A stretch of DNA of 63,532 nt, counting the filler, from Octopus bimaculoides (Eukaryota): NCBI RefSeq assembly GCF_001194135.2. It is 4 parts of 4 records of this genome, joined end to end, with 100 filler letters (N's around TTAATTAATTAA, not from the genome) between each part and the next. Parts side by side here need not be neighbours in the genome. Positions count along the whole stretch, not along the records: positions 33,245 to 58,191 come from NC_068993.1; 3 more parts are not named here. One strand, given 5' to 3'. Shown in pieces: positions 39,392 to 52,962 of this stretch; the stretch's first letter is position 1, and each line of letters opens with the position of its first letter. The notes beneath the pieces are model-generated. The model was not told the origin of the DNA, made no database searches, and saw nothing but the letters and a program-made list of their open reading frames with translations. The translations under genes were made by a program, and so were the position numbers.

Positions 39392-42091
39392 CTGAAAAAC
39401 AATTATTTAAGAAACAAATTATAAATAATAAAACAGTCATCTATGGGAACAGGATTTCATATTTATAAAAGAGGGTGGGGAATAAGATGGCATGGCTTTC
39501 GCAAGAAGGTAAAATGATCATAACCAAGAATCAAAATTTGATCACAGAACCAGCTCACTGGAATTTTACTTTATACCATTTGTTACAAAGTTGTATTACA
39601 GAACCAGTATAGTGAGAGATTACATTAATAACACTGGTTACAAAATTTTAAATAATAACTGTCTCCAAAATCTTTATCAAAACATACATTCATAAATACC
39701 CACAACTACAACAGTCTCACAAGAGAAAGGTCATCTAACTGAGTCACTCAGCAACGCACTCCAAAATTTAACAGACATAGTGCCACCTCACTGCCTTTTC
39801 TTTTGATCTTACAATAGCTTTTCTTGGCCAGCTGCATAGTGCATCCACCCACAATGTATGCAGATTGCCTCTGGAATCCCTGCTTATTTTTCTATAGTCG
39901 TTAACTTGTAGCTGTCTAAGAACAACCACATTGGTCTCAAAAGGCCTGCAAAGATCTAAGTGAAAATATTAAAATGAGAGAGAGAGAAACAAAGATAAAC
40001 TGGATGTATATTACAGAGTCATGGCTATCAACTTTGCTTACAACAGTTTCATATATTTATTGAGCACATTAATTTAATTTCGCTAATTTATTAATATCAT
40101 TATCCTCCTGAGATGGGTTGTGCAGAAATGCAAATTTCCAGCCATAATTAAGTTTGATTACTTTAGGCTATAAACAAATAACATTGTTCTCCTTCTCACA
40201 TCCAATGTTAGGTCATTTCAAAGAATCAGAAATTATTATTCTTGCAAACATTATTTCAAGGTGATGAAGGTGTCACAAGCAGATTATCACAGCAAAATAA
40301 ATTCTAACAGTGTGCCAAAATAGTTGTTTAGGCCCAGGTCATCCCTGATAGAGCTGACTTACAAGATTCTGCCCATGACTATTACATCATTAGGAATAAG
40401 GTTTCTCTTCTTTTAAGTAGGTTTCAATACAGAGCTTTGTTGAAGGGAGACAAGCACACTTTGACCATGCAAAAACCCACACAAAGTCAATAAAGATGGT
40501 GGTACTACATATAGAATTACTGCACATATAGATTTAACATGTATGGATGCACAGCGAGAGGTCAAAAGAAAAAAAAAACATGAATCCAAAGCTTCAAATA
40601 TCAAGTTAGAGTCAGAATTTCAAGAAAAGGATAAGTCTTCTAGGGCCTCAAATCAGCACAGAATAGTCACATTGAGAAAGTTGTTTATTCCCTCTCACTG
40701 TTTTAACAGCTTGTGAGTGATGTCTGAATTTTAACAAGCGGACATTCTTGTATATGTAAAATATATTATGCAATGAATATTATTTTGTAGACTATTAAAA
40801 TTCAATGTGATGTTTTTTTTCTGATTTTGAATACAATCAGATAATTTGTGGTAGTGTTTATATTTTTGCAAGTAGTGCTGATTCATTTTGTTTTGTTTTT
40901 TCTCTCTCTTCTACTAATGAGTTTGCTGTAAGTTACATATGTTTTTAATGCCTCTAATTTATGTTCCAAATGCTAAAGCAAGGAATTAGTTTTCACATTT
41001 TGTTTGTCTTTTAATCTAGGTCTACATGCAATTCTGAATAAGGTATCAGGTGGTCGTGGGATGTGCTAGAAACACCAGCTAAATCTCCTTTAAATCACAC
41101 ACCTTTACGGCTGAAAATATTTTCAAAATTTTTTTTTTTTTTACTGAAAAGGCTTCTCCCATTGTATTTTTAAGTGTGTAGTGCAAAAAAATTGGCCAAA
41201 ACCAGTCCACATGGAAGAAGTTGGAGGTGAAAAACTTCATAAATTGTCAAAAAAATATTTTCATTAAAAGCTTCTCCACATCATTTCCAAGGCTGTGGTG
41301 GGGAAAGAAAAATAGGAAAAATCCCCGTCAAAATGGAGGAAATCCAACTTGTGTAGACATCCTGATCCAAAACACTGCTGTTTATAGCTATTTTAATAGT
41401 CCATTAAAATTTTATTGAAATGGTATCATTTCCAAAAATCTCGGGATTTAGTTAGTTCTATACCTACTACAAATGTGCCAAAACTAAAGTCCCTGTAACT
41501 TGTACTTTTGAATTTAGCTAGGTCTGAAAACACTGTGAAATCAACTGTTTGTTATATACTAAAATAAGATTTAATACAAATATTTTAAAAATTGCCCCAA
41601 AAAAAGTTTCATTTTCAAGAACCTGAAAAGAAAAAAAAAAAAAAAAAAAAAGTAACTGCTCTTCCATGGACGCTATTTATTTGTGTAATTTGAAAATGAT
41701 TATCACTTTGGTTTCAAAAGTGTGACGTCACAAATATGGCTAATAATTTAGACCAATTAGGAAAGATTTCAACCAATTCGTTGACCATTCAAAATGTCAT
41801 ATTTCCTAAAATATTCATCCAAATTTCATAAATGAGGTTTCAAAATGTTTATGGTTAAGCTCCAAGAAAAAGTACAGTAGAAAATAGATTTAAATATTTT
41901 CTAAAATTCATAGTGATACCTATTTTAAGGCAGTAGCATGATATTCAGCTAGCAACTGCATACAGATCTCTCTTTAATTCATGTAAATTAGAGTGCAGCA
42001 GGCAGGCTGGCCTCACTAGTACAATCATGCCAGCAAATCAAGCAACAAAAAAAAGCTCATCTAAAATGAAAAGCATCAAATAAATACTTAC

Positions 42092-42304
42092 TCTTTCAAC
42101 TGGTGGTTCTTCAACTTTTTCTTCCTCTTCTGAGACATCACCCTCTATATGCTTCTCTATATCATCATCTGCTTCATCATCAAGGTCCCCACCTTCTTTG
42201 ATTCCAGTAAAATAATCATTATCTTTATCACCTTCAACTGCACACACAAATGAGGTACACAGTGCAAGTAATAGAAATATTAATAAACTCTTTCTCAAAA
42301 ACAT
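42092..42304 (-). CDS. CANX: Calnexin first coding exon (signal peptide + acidic N-terminus, 71 aa); 11 nt of 5'UTR extend to 42315
   Basis: Acceptor tttcttcctaccag precedes aaacaccaagtATG. Encodes MFLRKSLLIFLLLALCTSFVCA...EEPPVER, then a GTAAGT donor (phase 0). Splices in frame to the next three exons. Confidence 0.92.
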
Positions 42305-45289
42305 ACTTGGTGTTTCTGGTAGGAAGAAAAAGAAAAGAGAAACAAATGTTAAATATTTATGAAAATAGCTAATAGAAATGAGAAAATTTCCTAAAAATAA
42401 AACATTTCAAATCAAAAAAAATTATCCGATGGTATCTCAAGATGTTAACACCAGTTAAAAATAATCTAAACACATCCAATTAAACCCTTTAACATTTAAA
42501 CCAAGTATATCTGGCTCAAAAATTCTACCTGTTTTAAGTTCAAACTAACCAGATTCAGCCTCTCCGACCTACTCAAGAATGTCATTCAAAAGTAAACTGT
42601 CACATCATTAAAACCTCAACACTACAAGATAATCTGAATGCTACAGGGTTAACCTGGATCATTACAAACACTGCTACTGTCACTAATAGCTAATTTATAA
42701 AAAAACAATAATCAAAACTATCTGGAATTATTTCATCAAATCATATCTGTTACTCAGCTTGAGATAACATTAGTTGTGCTCAGTCACCCAATATATTCAG
42801 ATTACCTCTCCACTATTCTCTTCGTTGTACTCTCTCATGTATCATTCTCTTATCCTACTCGCTATACCATGCCAGCTTAAGTCATTTGATCTATTCATTT
42901 TCAATCTCCTCTGTTATCATCCTCTTATCACTCCTTATCTGTTTACTCTTCACTTCCATAAGTAATGAAGAACACCATAAGACCCGTCTATATTCACTAC
43001 TCTCTACCATCACCATTCTTTACTGTTAACCATCAATTTCTTTCCTTCATATGACCTCACATTAACATTTAGCATTTACTTATTGCCCATCTTTATTTTT
43101 GTCTATTACCATCACAGATCTTTACTGCTATCCTATCATGGTACTTTGACATTCAATCTCCTTGACAATGAATATGTTGCTACCACTGTCTCCTTTATTA
43201 CTCCTACCTCTCCTATCATCTTTTCATTCAAATTGTGGTTTACCTCATAACAAACACACACTCTCTCTCTCTCTCTCTTTCTCTCCTCTATTCAGTTATA
43301 TTTGTCTTAAACAGAGACTATGTTAAGTAAAGATAACTTTTTAGTCTTGCAGAGAACAAGGCAACTGCTAGTGCGGGCACCATGATAAAATGCATCCAAT
43401 ACATCCTGTAAAGTAGTTGGTATTAGGAAAGACAGCTAGCAGTAGATATCATGCCACAAACAGAACATTCAAGCAAGATGTGTAAGAGGAGAGTCACTCC
43501 AAATTAGAACCAACTCAAATGACTTGATACTTAAACTAATGAATAGTAAGGCTGACTGACTCAGTGGAACATTGAGCTATTTAGTCACAGTTCTTTATTT
43601 TATGAGGTCAAAATTAGCTGAAGTCTACTTTGCTTTCATTGGAGGTGGGATAAAATACCAAAATTTGCCAGGATTAAATTTCATTAATTCTCCACCAAAA
43701 TAAGTAACTTTGTACCAATGTTAGAAATCATTATTTAAATCTAACAATGTTATCTTAACCACTTATGCCAGTTGAGTTATAATTCTGAATGACCCTTATC
43801 CTACACACACACACACACACTGAAAAGAATTCACTGAATCCTTTATGAAGATCTAAACACATGATAAATTCTTTTTTATTCAGTCCAGTTATGTTAGGCT
43901 TTCACAAATTTCACTGCTACAAGTTGATACACATTTCTCTTATTTAAAGAAAAATGACAGCATCATGAACAAATTGTACAGTTATATCTTATTCTCCAGA
44001 CATCAGGTGTCAAAAAGTAAAATTATGAGACAGGGTTTTCTTTCATTTATTATTAAGCATGAAGCTTATGGAATGAAAGCTAATATGTGGGGTGAAGAAT
44101 TTTGCTTTGCAATCACATGGATCCAGATACAAGTTCATCGCTCTGCAACTTGAATAAGAATCAATCAAAGTCTCAAGATATTGAGGTGGACTCAGATAGA
44201 GAATGATGAGCAATTGCAGATATGGACAAAGCAAGAGTAGATAAAGGGTGATAAACGGAAAATGTCTAGAGGAGAGAGAGAGAGTGACAGTGGCAGTACA
44301 AATAGGTTTTAGTGTGTATCAGGTACAGATAGTATGATGCAGTCTTATACATAGTCCTAGAGATGGGAGAGTGGGTAGAGTGATGACAATGGTTTGATAC
44401 ACTCTTTTAAATATAGGATCACTGAAGCTAGGTGCAGAATACAGAATAATGAGAAGTGATGGTAAAAGGGAGTGTTTGTTATTTGCAAATATTACAAATG
44501 GTGATAGGGACAAGGATGGAGGGAAGATGGGTACATGTAGAGTGATGAGGATGGATCAATACAGTCTCTCATATAAAGGCCTAATGAAGAGTGAGAGAGC
44601 AGAATGCTAGGAAGAATAGAACAGAATGATGGGAAGGTGAGGACAGCCATTCACTTTGTCTTTTGTGAGAATCACTTGTGGCAAGGAAGAAAGATGAAGG
44701 AAAAAAGTAATCAACAGATAAGTAAAAGGTGGAAGTCAGAGATGTGAAAGAATGACAGCAAATAAAGGCTTGGATAGCTGGATGGGTAGGTTCCCAAGAG
44801 TGTGAAAAGAAAGTAACAGATGGTTAGAGATGGAAATAAAGGTGAATGCTGAACATGAGTGGAGGTATGGATAATGAGTCTCATTGGGAGATAAGGTAAA
44901 AGAAAATGAGTGGGTGGGTAATAGGTGGCAATACATAAAAAGCAGGGAGGTGGAGAGACCATAGATAGAGGAGATATATGGAGCTGATGTGAAGTGTGAA
45001 AAGAGAGAGGCAGAGAGGGAGGGATTTGTGGTGAAAGAGATGAAGGTCACATAGTTGTTTTGAGTGACAAAGAAAGGTGAGAGGGGGTTTCAATTGCAGA
45101 TACTACAGCAGCTTAGGAAACAGTGTCATAGTTAAAAAGGTGAAGGAGAGATTGGTATTATAAAAGATGAGTTGTAGGGAAGGTTTGATAGGTACTGATT
45201 GGCTGCAGGAGCACAGACATTAATGAAATGATTTTAGGACCTCATTTCTGGCTGAAATGGATGGATCTTCTCGAGGAGAGTGAACTACC

Positions 45290-45720
45290 AATCATAAGGG
45301 CAGTTTTCATTATATCATCCCACATCTTCCTGGATCTCCCTCTCCCACAAGTTTCATCCACATTTAACATCTTTATACAGCTGTTATCATCCATATGCAT
45401 CACATGACCATACCAGTGCAGTCCCCACTCCTGCACACTACATCCAATGCCCCTTATGCCCATTTTTTCTCCTACATCATTTGCATTTTGTCATATGTGC
45501 ATACTAACATCGCATATTCAGTAGAGCATGCTAGCCTCATTTCCTTCAAGTCTTTGCATGTCCTCTGTATTCACAAATGTTCGATTATCATGAAGCATTG
45601 CTGTTTGCACACAAACACCATACAAGGGCAAGTGAACCTCTATTATCCTGAATATACTTCAGGATAATAGGACACATTAGTTTTCTTAAGCACATTCTTA
45701 CAATAGGGCACACTTCAATC
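45290..45720 (-). mobile_element. Decayed RTE-like 3' fragment
   Basis: LHWYGHVMHMDDNSCIK...TCGRGRSRKMWD, homologous to 28400-28520. Confidence 0.7.
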
Positions 45721-48658
45721 CTCTGATTCTCACATCACAAAACTTGTGCAAATTTATCCCTTTCTGCTCCACCCCAAGCTGAGTATATTTGATGTCTGGC
45801 TTCCCTTCTAACTACTTGACCTCTGCTTTCACTGTCCTTCAAAACCAAGTTAGTCTTTCTACCTTTCTGACTATATCTATCTATCTGACACAAGTATGCT
45901 TAAGACAGCAAAGAGAACATTCCACTATGGTAGATGAATCCCACAAATATTGCTTTCTATGTGACCATATTACTAACCAAAGTGAATGTGTTCTGCCAAT
46001 TCTGGATGTTGAAATTAGTACTTATAAACATTTTATTAGATTTACAAATAATGCTTAAGGCAAAAAAAAAAGAGCATACATATATATTTCAGCAATGTTT
46101 AATGGTAAACATTAGCGAGAAAACCAATAAACAAATGCTTTTGAACAAATATATCATGTATGGCATTTGTTCTAGCCAAGTTGCACAGACACGCCCTCAT
46201 CATTCACGGTCAGGTATAAGGAACCAGTGACTGACCTGTTGGAAACTTGTAGCCAATGAGGCATTGCTATTAAAATGACTATTATAAAATGTCGGTTTAA
46301 TTGAACGATTCGATGTTAAGTCTGCATCAAAATAGCTGAGAATTAATTGTAATTAAGAAAATAGCCTGGAACATGAAGAATTAGGTTATAATAGCAGTCA
46401 ATGTAACAATTGAGCAGAATAAAAACACACAAATGGTTACAAAACCATAGATTGGGTAGGAGGTGGGGGTCATTAATTTTACTGCATGACCGATACTAAC
46501 TTTTATCAAATCAAGAAAGATGAAAGGCACCAAAGTACCACAAAACATTTTGTCAAATGCTCTACAAATTCCGTCATTCTACTACTTGAATTATTGGTAA
46601 TGAAATAGTAAATGCCAAATATGAATAGTAACTGCCCAGTTAAATACTTAGACACCTTTTAAAGAATAGATTTCCATAAATCTAAATAAAATCATAATGA
46701 TGACATCCAGAAGATTGCAAACAAAAACACCATTTGTATGATGGTGATTTTTATAATTACTGTCCAAAGTCAAGACAAAGAGGTGTACACATGTACATAT
46801 ATGATAGTCTTTTTTCATTTTGTCAACCAAATCCACTCACAAAGCTTTGGTTGGTTTGGAACTGTAATAGAAATACACACGTCCATGTGGGGAACTAAAC
46901 CCAAAATGCAAATGATTGTAAAGCTAAATTCTTCACTGTATTTCACAGCCATGCTTGTACTTAAACAAAAATCAAGATAAAAGTACATAAAAACAATGAC
47001 AAACAAAGAATACTGCACTCTTCAGAAATTAATCACCCCTTCCTCTTTTTGCATCACAAAAAGCATCTTTTCTCTATCTACAGTAATTGGAAGATTGTAA
47101 ATTCATAGCTTGTATATTTTTAAAAGGAACATACTTTTTATATTTCAGACTAATAGTTTTGAGTTAAATTTGGTTAATAAACAACTTGATCTGAATCAGT
47201 TACATTGTGGTAACATGATAAGTCATTTAAAATACACACATATATGCTTATATTCATTTTTGTCTTACTTTTTAATAGTATTTAGATGCTAATAAGTATC
47301 AACAAAAGATTGTGTTACATCTATGACTTATCACTATTCATTCCACAGCATCAAAGGAATTGTTTTGATGATTCATATGCAATCTACTGTACTACATTAT
47401 CCACATGTGAAAGGCACTTCAGTGACAATCATTCATTCTACCTATCTACCTAGAGACAATACTATGGGCACAGCATAGTTGTCTATAAGAAGCAGCTACA
47501 CCATATTAAGTTAGGGTGCTGGGTTCAAATACCCCATATTACAAATGACGATAGGAAATCCAATATGAAATATGACTATTTTCATCTCTACACAATAAAA
47601 TAGAGACCCAAATATAATTTAACTACCACACGAAGATGCAGTCACAAAATTATGCACATTACAAATACCCAACTGTTTACAGATACTACCACAAACATCC
47701 ACTCACAAACTTATACACATATAAAACCTTTTAACATTACAAAATGAACAAAAAAAAATCTACATTCCATCAAGTAGGAATCAATAGATCCAAATTAGGA
47801 TCATTCAAAGAAACAAAAACTGGCCTTATTCAATTGAATAGAGGAGCAGGGCTACAAATGTTAGTGTATTCAACTGGTATTGCTGATTTGATATAACAAA
47901 CCAGCTTAGACATTATCCCATAGATTACTTTTAATGAAGAGGATAAAAAAGAAAAAAAAAACATCCATACTGAGAATAAAGTAACAGATCAAGCACTTGT
48001 GATAATTATTGGTAGCTACTAGTGTATCTCATTCTAGGAATTCCCATGTAGAAAATTACTGACTGAATTTAGTACCCTAATAAGTCAATAGAAATGAAAG
48101 CATGAGCATAAATACTGAATGAATTGAAAACAAAAATATAACAGTTTTCCAAAATGAGATTAGGGAATGGAAAGCCAACTGAAATAATTTCAGCAAAGAA
48201 GTGGAAGAAAAAAAAGAAGATTACAGACTCAGCTTGTTGAGAGCTTACTATTACACTGAAGTGCTCAGTAAAGGATCATTTAATAATAGCATTAAATTTA
48301 AGCTTAAGATTAAATTAGCCCAGCTAGGATGGAAAATGGAGAACATTTCATGGTCAACACTAAATCGATTTTGTATATTTGTATGTATTTGATATAGCAA
48401 CTAAATGAATAGCTTTTGTATTGGTAAATGTGCACAAGACAAACTGTCCCAGAAAAAGGATAGAAGAATCTTAAATCTACATATGTAAAGAGATACTGAA
48501 AGTAGAGTTCACACAATGTTTACTGACGTGCTAAGCAGCAGATTTCATTTAATGTAAATGCAGGAAGTAGGTAACAAGTGGTGATGCAGGAAGGGCAGAG
48601 AGCAGCAGTATAATAAATCTGTAGATAAAGTAAAAAATGTAAGTGGTGAGAGATTGGG

Positions 48659-48840
<182 letters not shown>

Positions 48841-49179
48841 GTAGAGGAAAGAAATGGGTGCAGCAGAAGTACATCAAAAGTACATAGTGGTAGAGGACAA
48901 AGGTGGGAGGTGGGTGCCAATAGCATATATGAAAGGCTGTTAAGAGTGATAGCAGATGAGACAGTGTTAAAGATGAGGTGTGGCAGTCCTAAAATGTAGC
49001 TCAGATATGTAACTATTGTAAGCGAAAGCATGATGGGGATAGATTGAGTGCATGGACAGGGTCCAGTAGGTAAATGGACATAACTATAATGCTTTTAGGA
49101 CCTTTCTTAAGCACAGCAAAATTCCAATCACTTCAACTCATTGTCATCTCCACCATAATGTTCAACATTTTGAGGTCTG

Positions 49180-49610
49180 CCTTCACTATTTCATCCCATG
49201 TCTTCCTGCATCTCTTTGCCACAAGTTCCACTCACTTCAGGAATTAGCACTTCTTTATAGAGCTGTTGTCATCCATGCGCATCACATGATTATGCCTGTA
49301 TTGCCTTTTCTCTTACACACTACATCTGATTCCTCCTATACTCAATTTTTCTATCAACATATTTACATTGTTTTATATGCAATCTAATGCTGCACATCCA
49401 CTGGAGCACATTAACTTCATTTCTTTCTAGCCTTCACATGTCCTCTGCATTCAAGCCCCATGTCTCACTAGCATCACACAATCTGCCTTTCACTCTGAGG
49501 GAGATCCCTTTCATTACCAACAAAAGCAATAACTCCTGGAACTTTCTCCATTCTATTATTCTAGCAACAATATTCTACTTCACCCAGGTAACAGAATTTA
49601 TCGACTAACC
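49180..49610 (-). mobile_element. Decayed RTE-like 3' fragment
   Basis: ccatgtcttcctgcatct...cagcacttctttatagagctgttgtcatccat...gctgcacatccactggagcac, homologous to the other RTE copies. Confidence 0.65.
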
Positions 49611-50099
49611 CTAGGGAATCTCCTGGACATTTGATAATCTATTTTGTGTGATTATATATATTAGTCAATTAAAACATTGACTTCATTAAATAAGAAAATT
49701 TTGATTTGCATAAATAGCACTGCACTGGCATAATTATAGATGTAGTAAGTGATATGGCTTGCATAATGTAAATGTATGATAGTATATTTGTTTACATTTG
49801 TCCCAAGTATATTCAGTGTATTAGATTAACAGCTAAATCTTGTATTACTTAACCTTGATATACTCTGTATTATTATAAATTGTACAAACCTTTATTATAT
49901 GAACTTTTGCCTCAAACAAAATTCAAAACTGATTCTCTTCAGTAACAATTTTTTTTTTCTTTGAACACTGAGATCAAACCATTCTTCTGTTTTACCTTAT
50001 GCTAAAATACCAACAACCATGAAATATTATATGTACTTCTTTAAGATTTCCAAACAACACACATACATATTTGTATATACAAGTTTATATACATATACA

Positions 50100-50690
50100 T
50101 CTTTCAAATGGTTCCCTAGAAGTGCTTGATAGCTTTTGCTACTTACGTGACCAAATTAACAGTGAGAGTGGCTATTCTCCCTCCCATGGCTAATTTGCAG
50201 TTATCATTCTAGCTAACACATTGCCAAAGTGTGATAACTAGTATAGGCAGTTATCTTTACTGACATCAAGGGTTTATTCCTCAAATCAAGGGTAGATTGT
50301 ATGATACTTGTATGCAAAATGTACTGCTGCACAGCAGCAAGATTTGGGACTTTAGGGAAGAAGACATGCAAAAACTTGAAAGAAACAAAGTGAGCATGCT
50401 TTGCTGGACGTGTCATGTTAGTGTATGTGAACAACAAAGTATAAATAAACAAGGACAAACTAGATATAAGTGGAATCAGTTGTAGTAAGCGACTGCACTA
50501 GTATGTCGCTTACATATGATGCAAATGGGAAAATGCCAAGTAGTCACAAAGTGAATGGTACCAGTGGGAGGAGGAGGGAATGAAGTGGTGAAGAATGATC
50601 TCAGGATGTTGCATCTGAAAAAGGAAATGACTAAAGGCTAATGATATGTGGTACTGTAGAAGATTTGACCCACCGCAAAAGCTTACTGCA
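50100..50690 (+). mobile_element. Decayed RTE-like 3' fragment (plus strand)
   Basis: LYDTCMQNVLLHSSKIW...EEDMQKLERNKVSMLCWTCHVSV matches the RTE ORF2 C-terminus of 28401-28676. Confidence 0.7.
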
Positions 50691-52524
50691 CACGCCACTA
50701 CTTTTGTTGTGCCTATTCGCTACTCTCTGGGCACCCCTCCCCTCCAACCCCACTTGTCCTTTCTGTAACCTTTCATCCTGCAACTATTTATTCAAACTAC
50801 TGTGCCTATAAACTCAAATGGCAACATCTCTCATTTCTCTGATAATTGAAATAAAGATCAATTACTGTTAGATTATTGATATAATTATTGTATATATCTT
50901 GTTAGTAGCAAGTTAATAGAAACATTAAAATTCAGGTTTTTGTCATGGTAAGCAAAATAAGCAGTTGTTCAGCTTGCTAGAAAAAGCAACCAAATCTTTC
51001 ACAAATTACACTATCATTTTAAACAAAGACACAATATTTCTAGAATTTTGTCATTCGTTAGTTGAAATATACACTGAATACTATGACTAAACTCTATTGA
51101 ATCATAGCTACCACACACTGAGCTCACCTTTGCCAAGCTGTAATGCAAGATCCCACCCGTAATCATGCATTAAAAGGTAGGACAAAAAGACCATCAACTT
51201 GGAACGAATCAACTCCAAGTAAGAACGGAGTTGGATAGTGATGACTCACATAATGCATGCCAGCATGAAAAATAGGTGCAAAATGAAATATCTTGAATTG
51301 CAAACTCATAACATCAAAAGAGAAGTTTTCTTATTGAAACTATGTATTACACTGTGTAACAAAATTATTATTTTTTTTATCTTTTACTTGTTTCAGTCAT
51401 TTGACTGTGGCCATGCTGAGGCACCGCCTTGATCAGTAAGTGTTATTTCCTATTTGCTTCCATCTAAAATTCAAAGGAAATTACTACAATTCCTTTTGAT
51501 CTTTGCTTTGTGACCCGAACATCAATGTTTTGAAACTGACCTGTTTCCCATTACATTTCAAACAGATTCAATGCTGAGTTGCTGAAGCAGAAATAGCGTT
51601 ATAGCAAATATTCTGCTCAATACCAGATTTGCTTGCTAGCTGCTTGACTGTAACCACTTGAGCATGTCTCTTAGTGGGGGAGCATCATAGCCATGTGTTG
51701 AAAAGGATTCTTTGAGGTTTGAATAAATGTAACAAAAGCAAAGTTTGAAGGCAATATTAGCCATTTTTCATACTTCCTCAGGGTAAGCAAATAATAGTTG
51801 CTACCCAAAGACAAAAATCATGATGATAATGTTCATAGCAATTTGTTACTGAATCAGATAACTGCAACATATATGAAATTTTTTTATAGGGATACAGCTT
51901 ATTCTAAATCATTATTTCTCAAGAGTCACTTTCTAGTTCTGATCAGAGACATTTCTCTAGTTTTGATCATAAAGGTCTCTTTATATAATGGTTAATGATT
52001 ATTGTTGATTAGCGCCACTCAAAATTGACAATTGAAACTTAAAAAGCAGAGATAGAAGCATTACAAGTATTGGCCAACACTGGACATGTAATAGAAATGG
52101 ACAACACGTTGAATGAAAATGTGCTGTTAACATTAACTGGAAGGCATCTGTAATTGTAGAATGATACGCACAGTAAGCTGCTACATAGTAAATCAGTAAA
52201 ATCAAAACAAGCCAAGAGAGCCTCTACATGGCTATTAATCTTGTTAAAAATAGCAGCCAAATTTCCCTCAAACTGTACTTTAGTAACTTTAAAAGAGAGG
52301 CAATGTAAAATTCTATGTCTAAATAAAATTAATATGCTCATAGCTGGAATGTCTTTGTTTATAAGGCTGCTGGATCAGGGCTGAACTGGAGTTAAAACCA
52401 CAATAACCAACATCAATACAGAAAAACAATATCGATTACAATAAAAAATACTGGCAACAATAATGGTAGTTAAACCTCTTAACTGCACCTCTTGAAACAG
52501 GTCACCACCAACCCAATTTTTCCC

Positions 52525-52564
<40 letters not shown>

Positions 52565-52880
52565 GGCACTTATACATCAATTCACTTTTAACAGGCAACA
52601 TTAAAACCAATCCTGCACATCTACATAGAAAAAACAGCTTTTATAAACAGTAATCAGGTAACATTACATTAAGTATACGAAGAATGTCAAAGATTCAACG
52701 GACATAAGGAGAAAATGGTTTCAGAATGTTCCACTTCTACTATAACAAAAGAACTTTACCCTGTTAGCTTCAGACCAGACTTTAATTCATGGTTAAGTTG
52801 TTAGAACTAAGACTACTTAGCTGTAACAATATTCAAATGATTCAATTAAGAATTAACTACCCAATTTATGTATGTGTACA

Positions 52881-52962
<82 letters not shown>

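Noticed and set aside
39770-39957. Minus-strand acceptor-like site followed by an open frame (LCRPFETNVVVLRQ...) inside a CANX intron
   Set aside because: Not calnexin-like, ends in a stop without a clear donor, and the real exon at 39312-39391 already gives an in-frame transcript.
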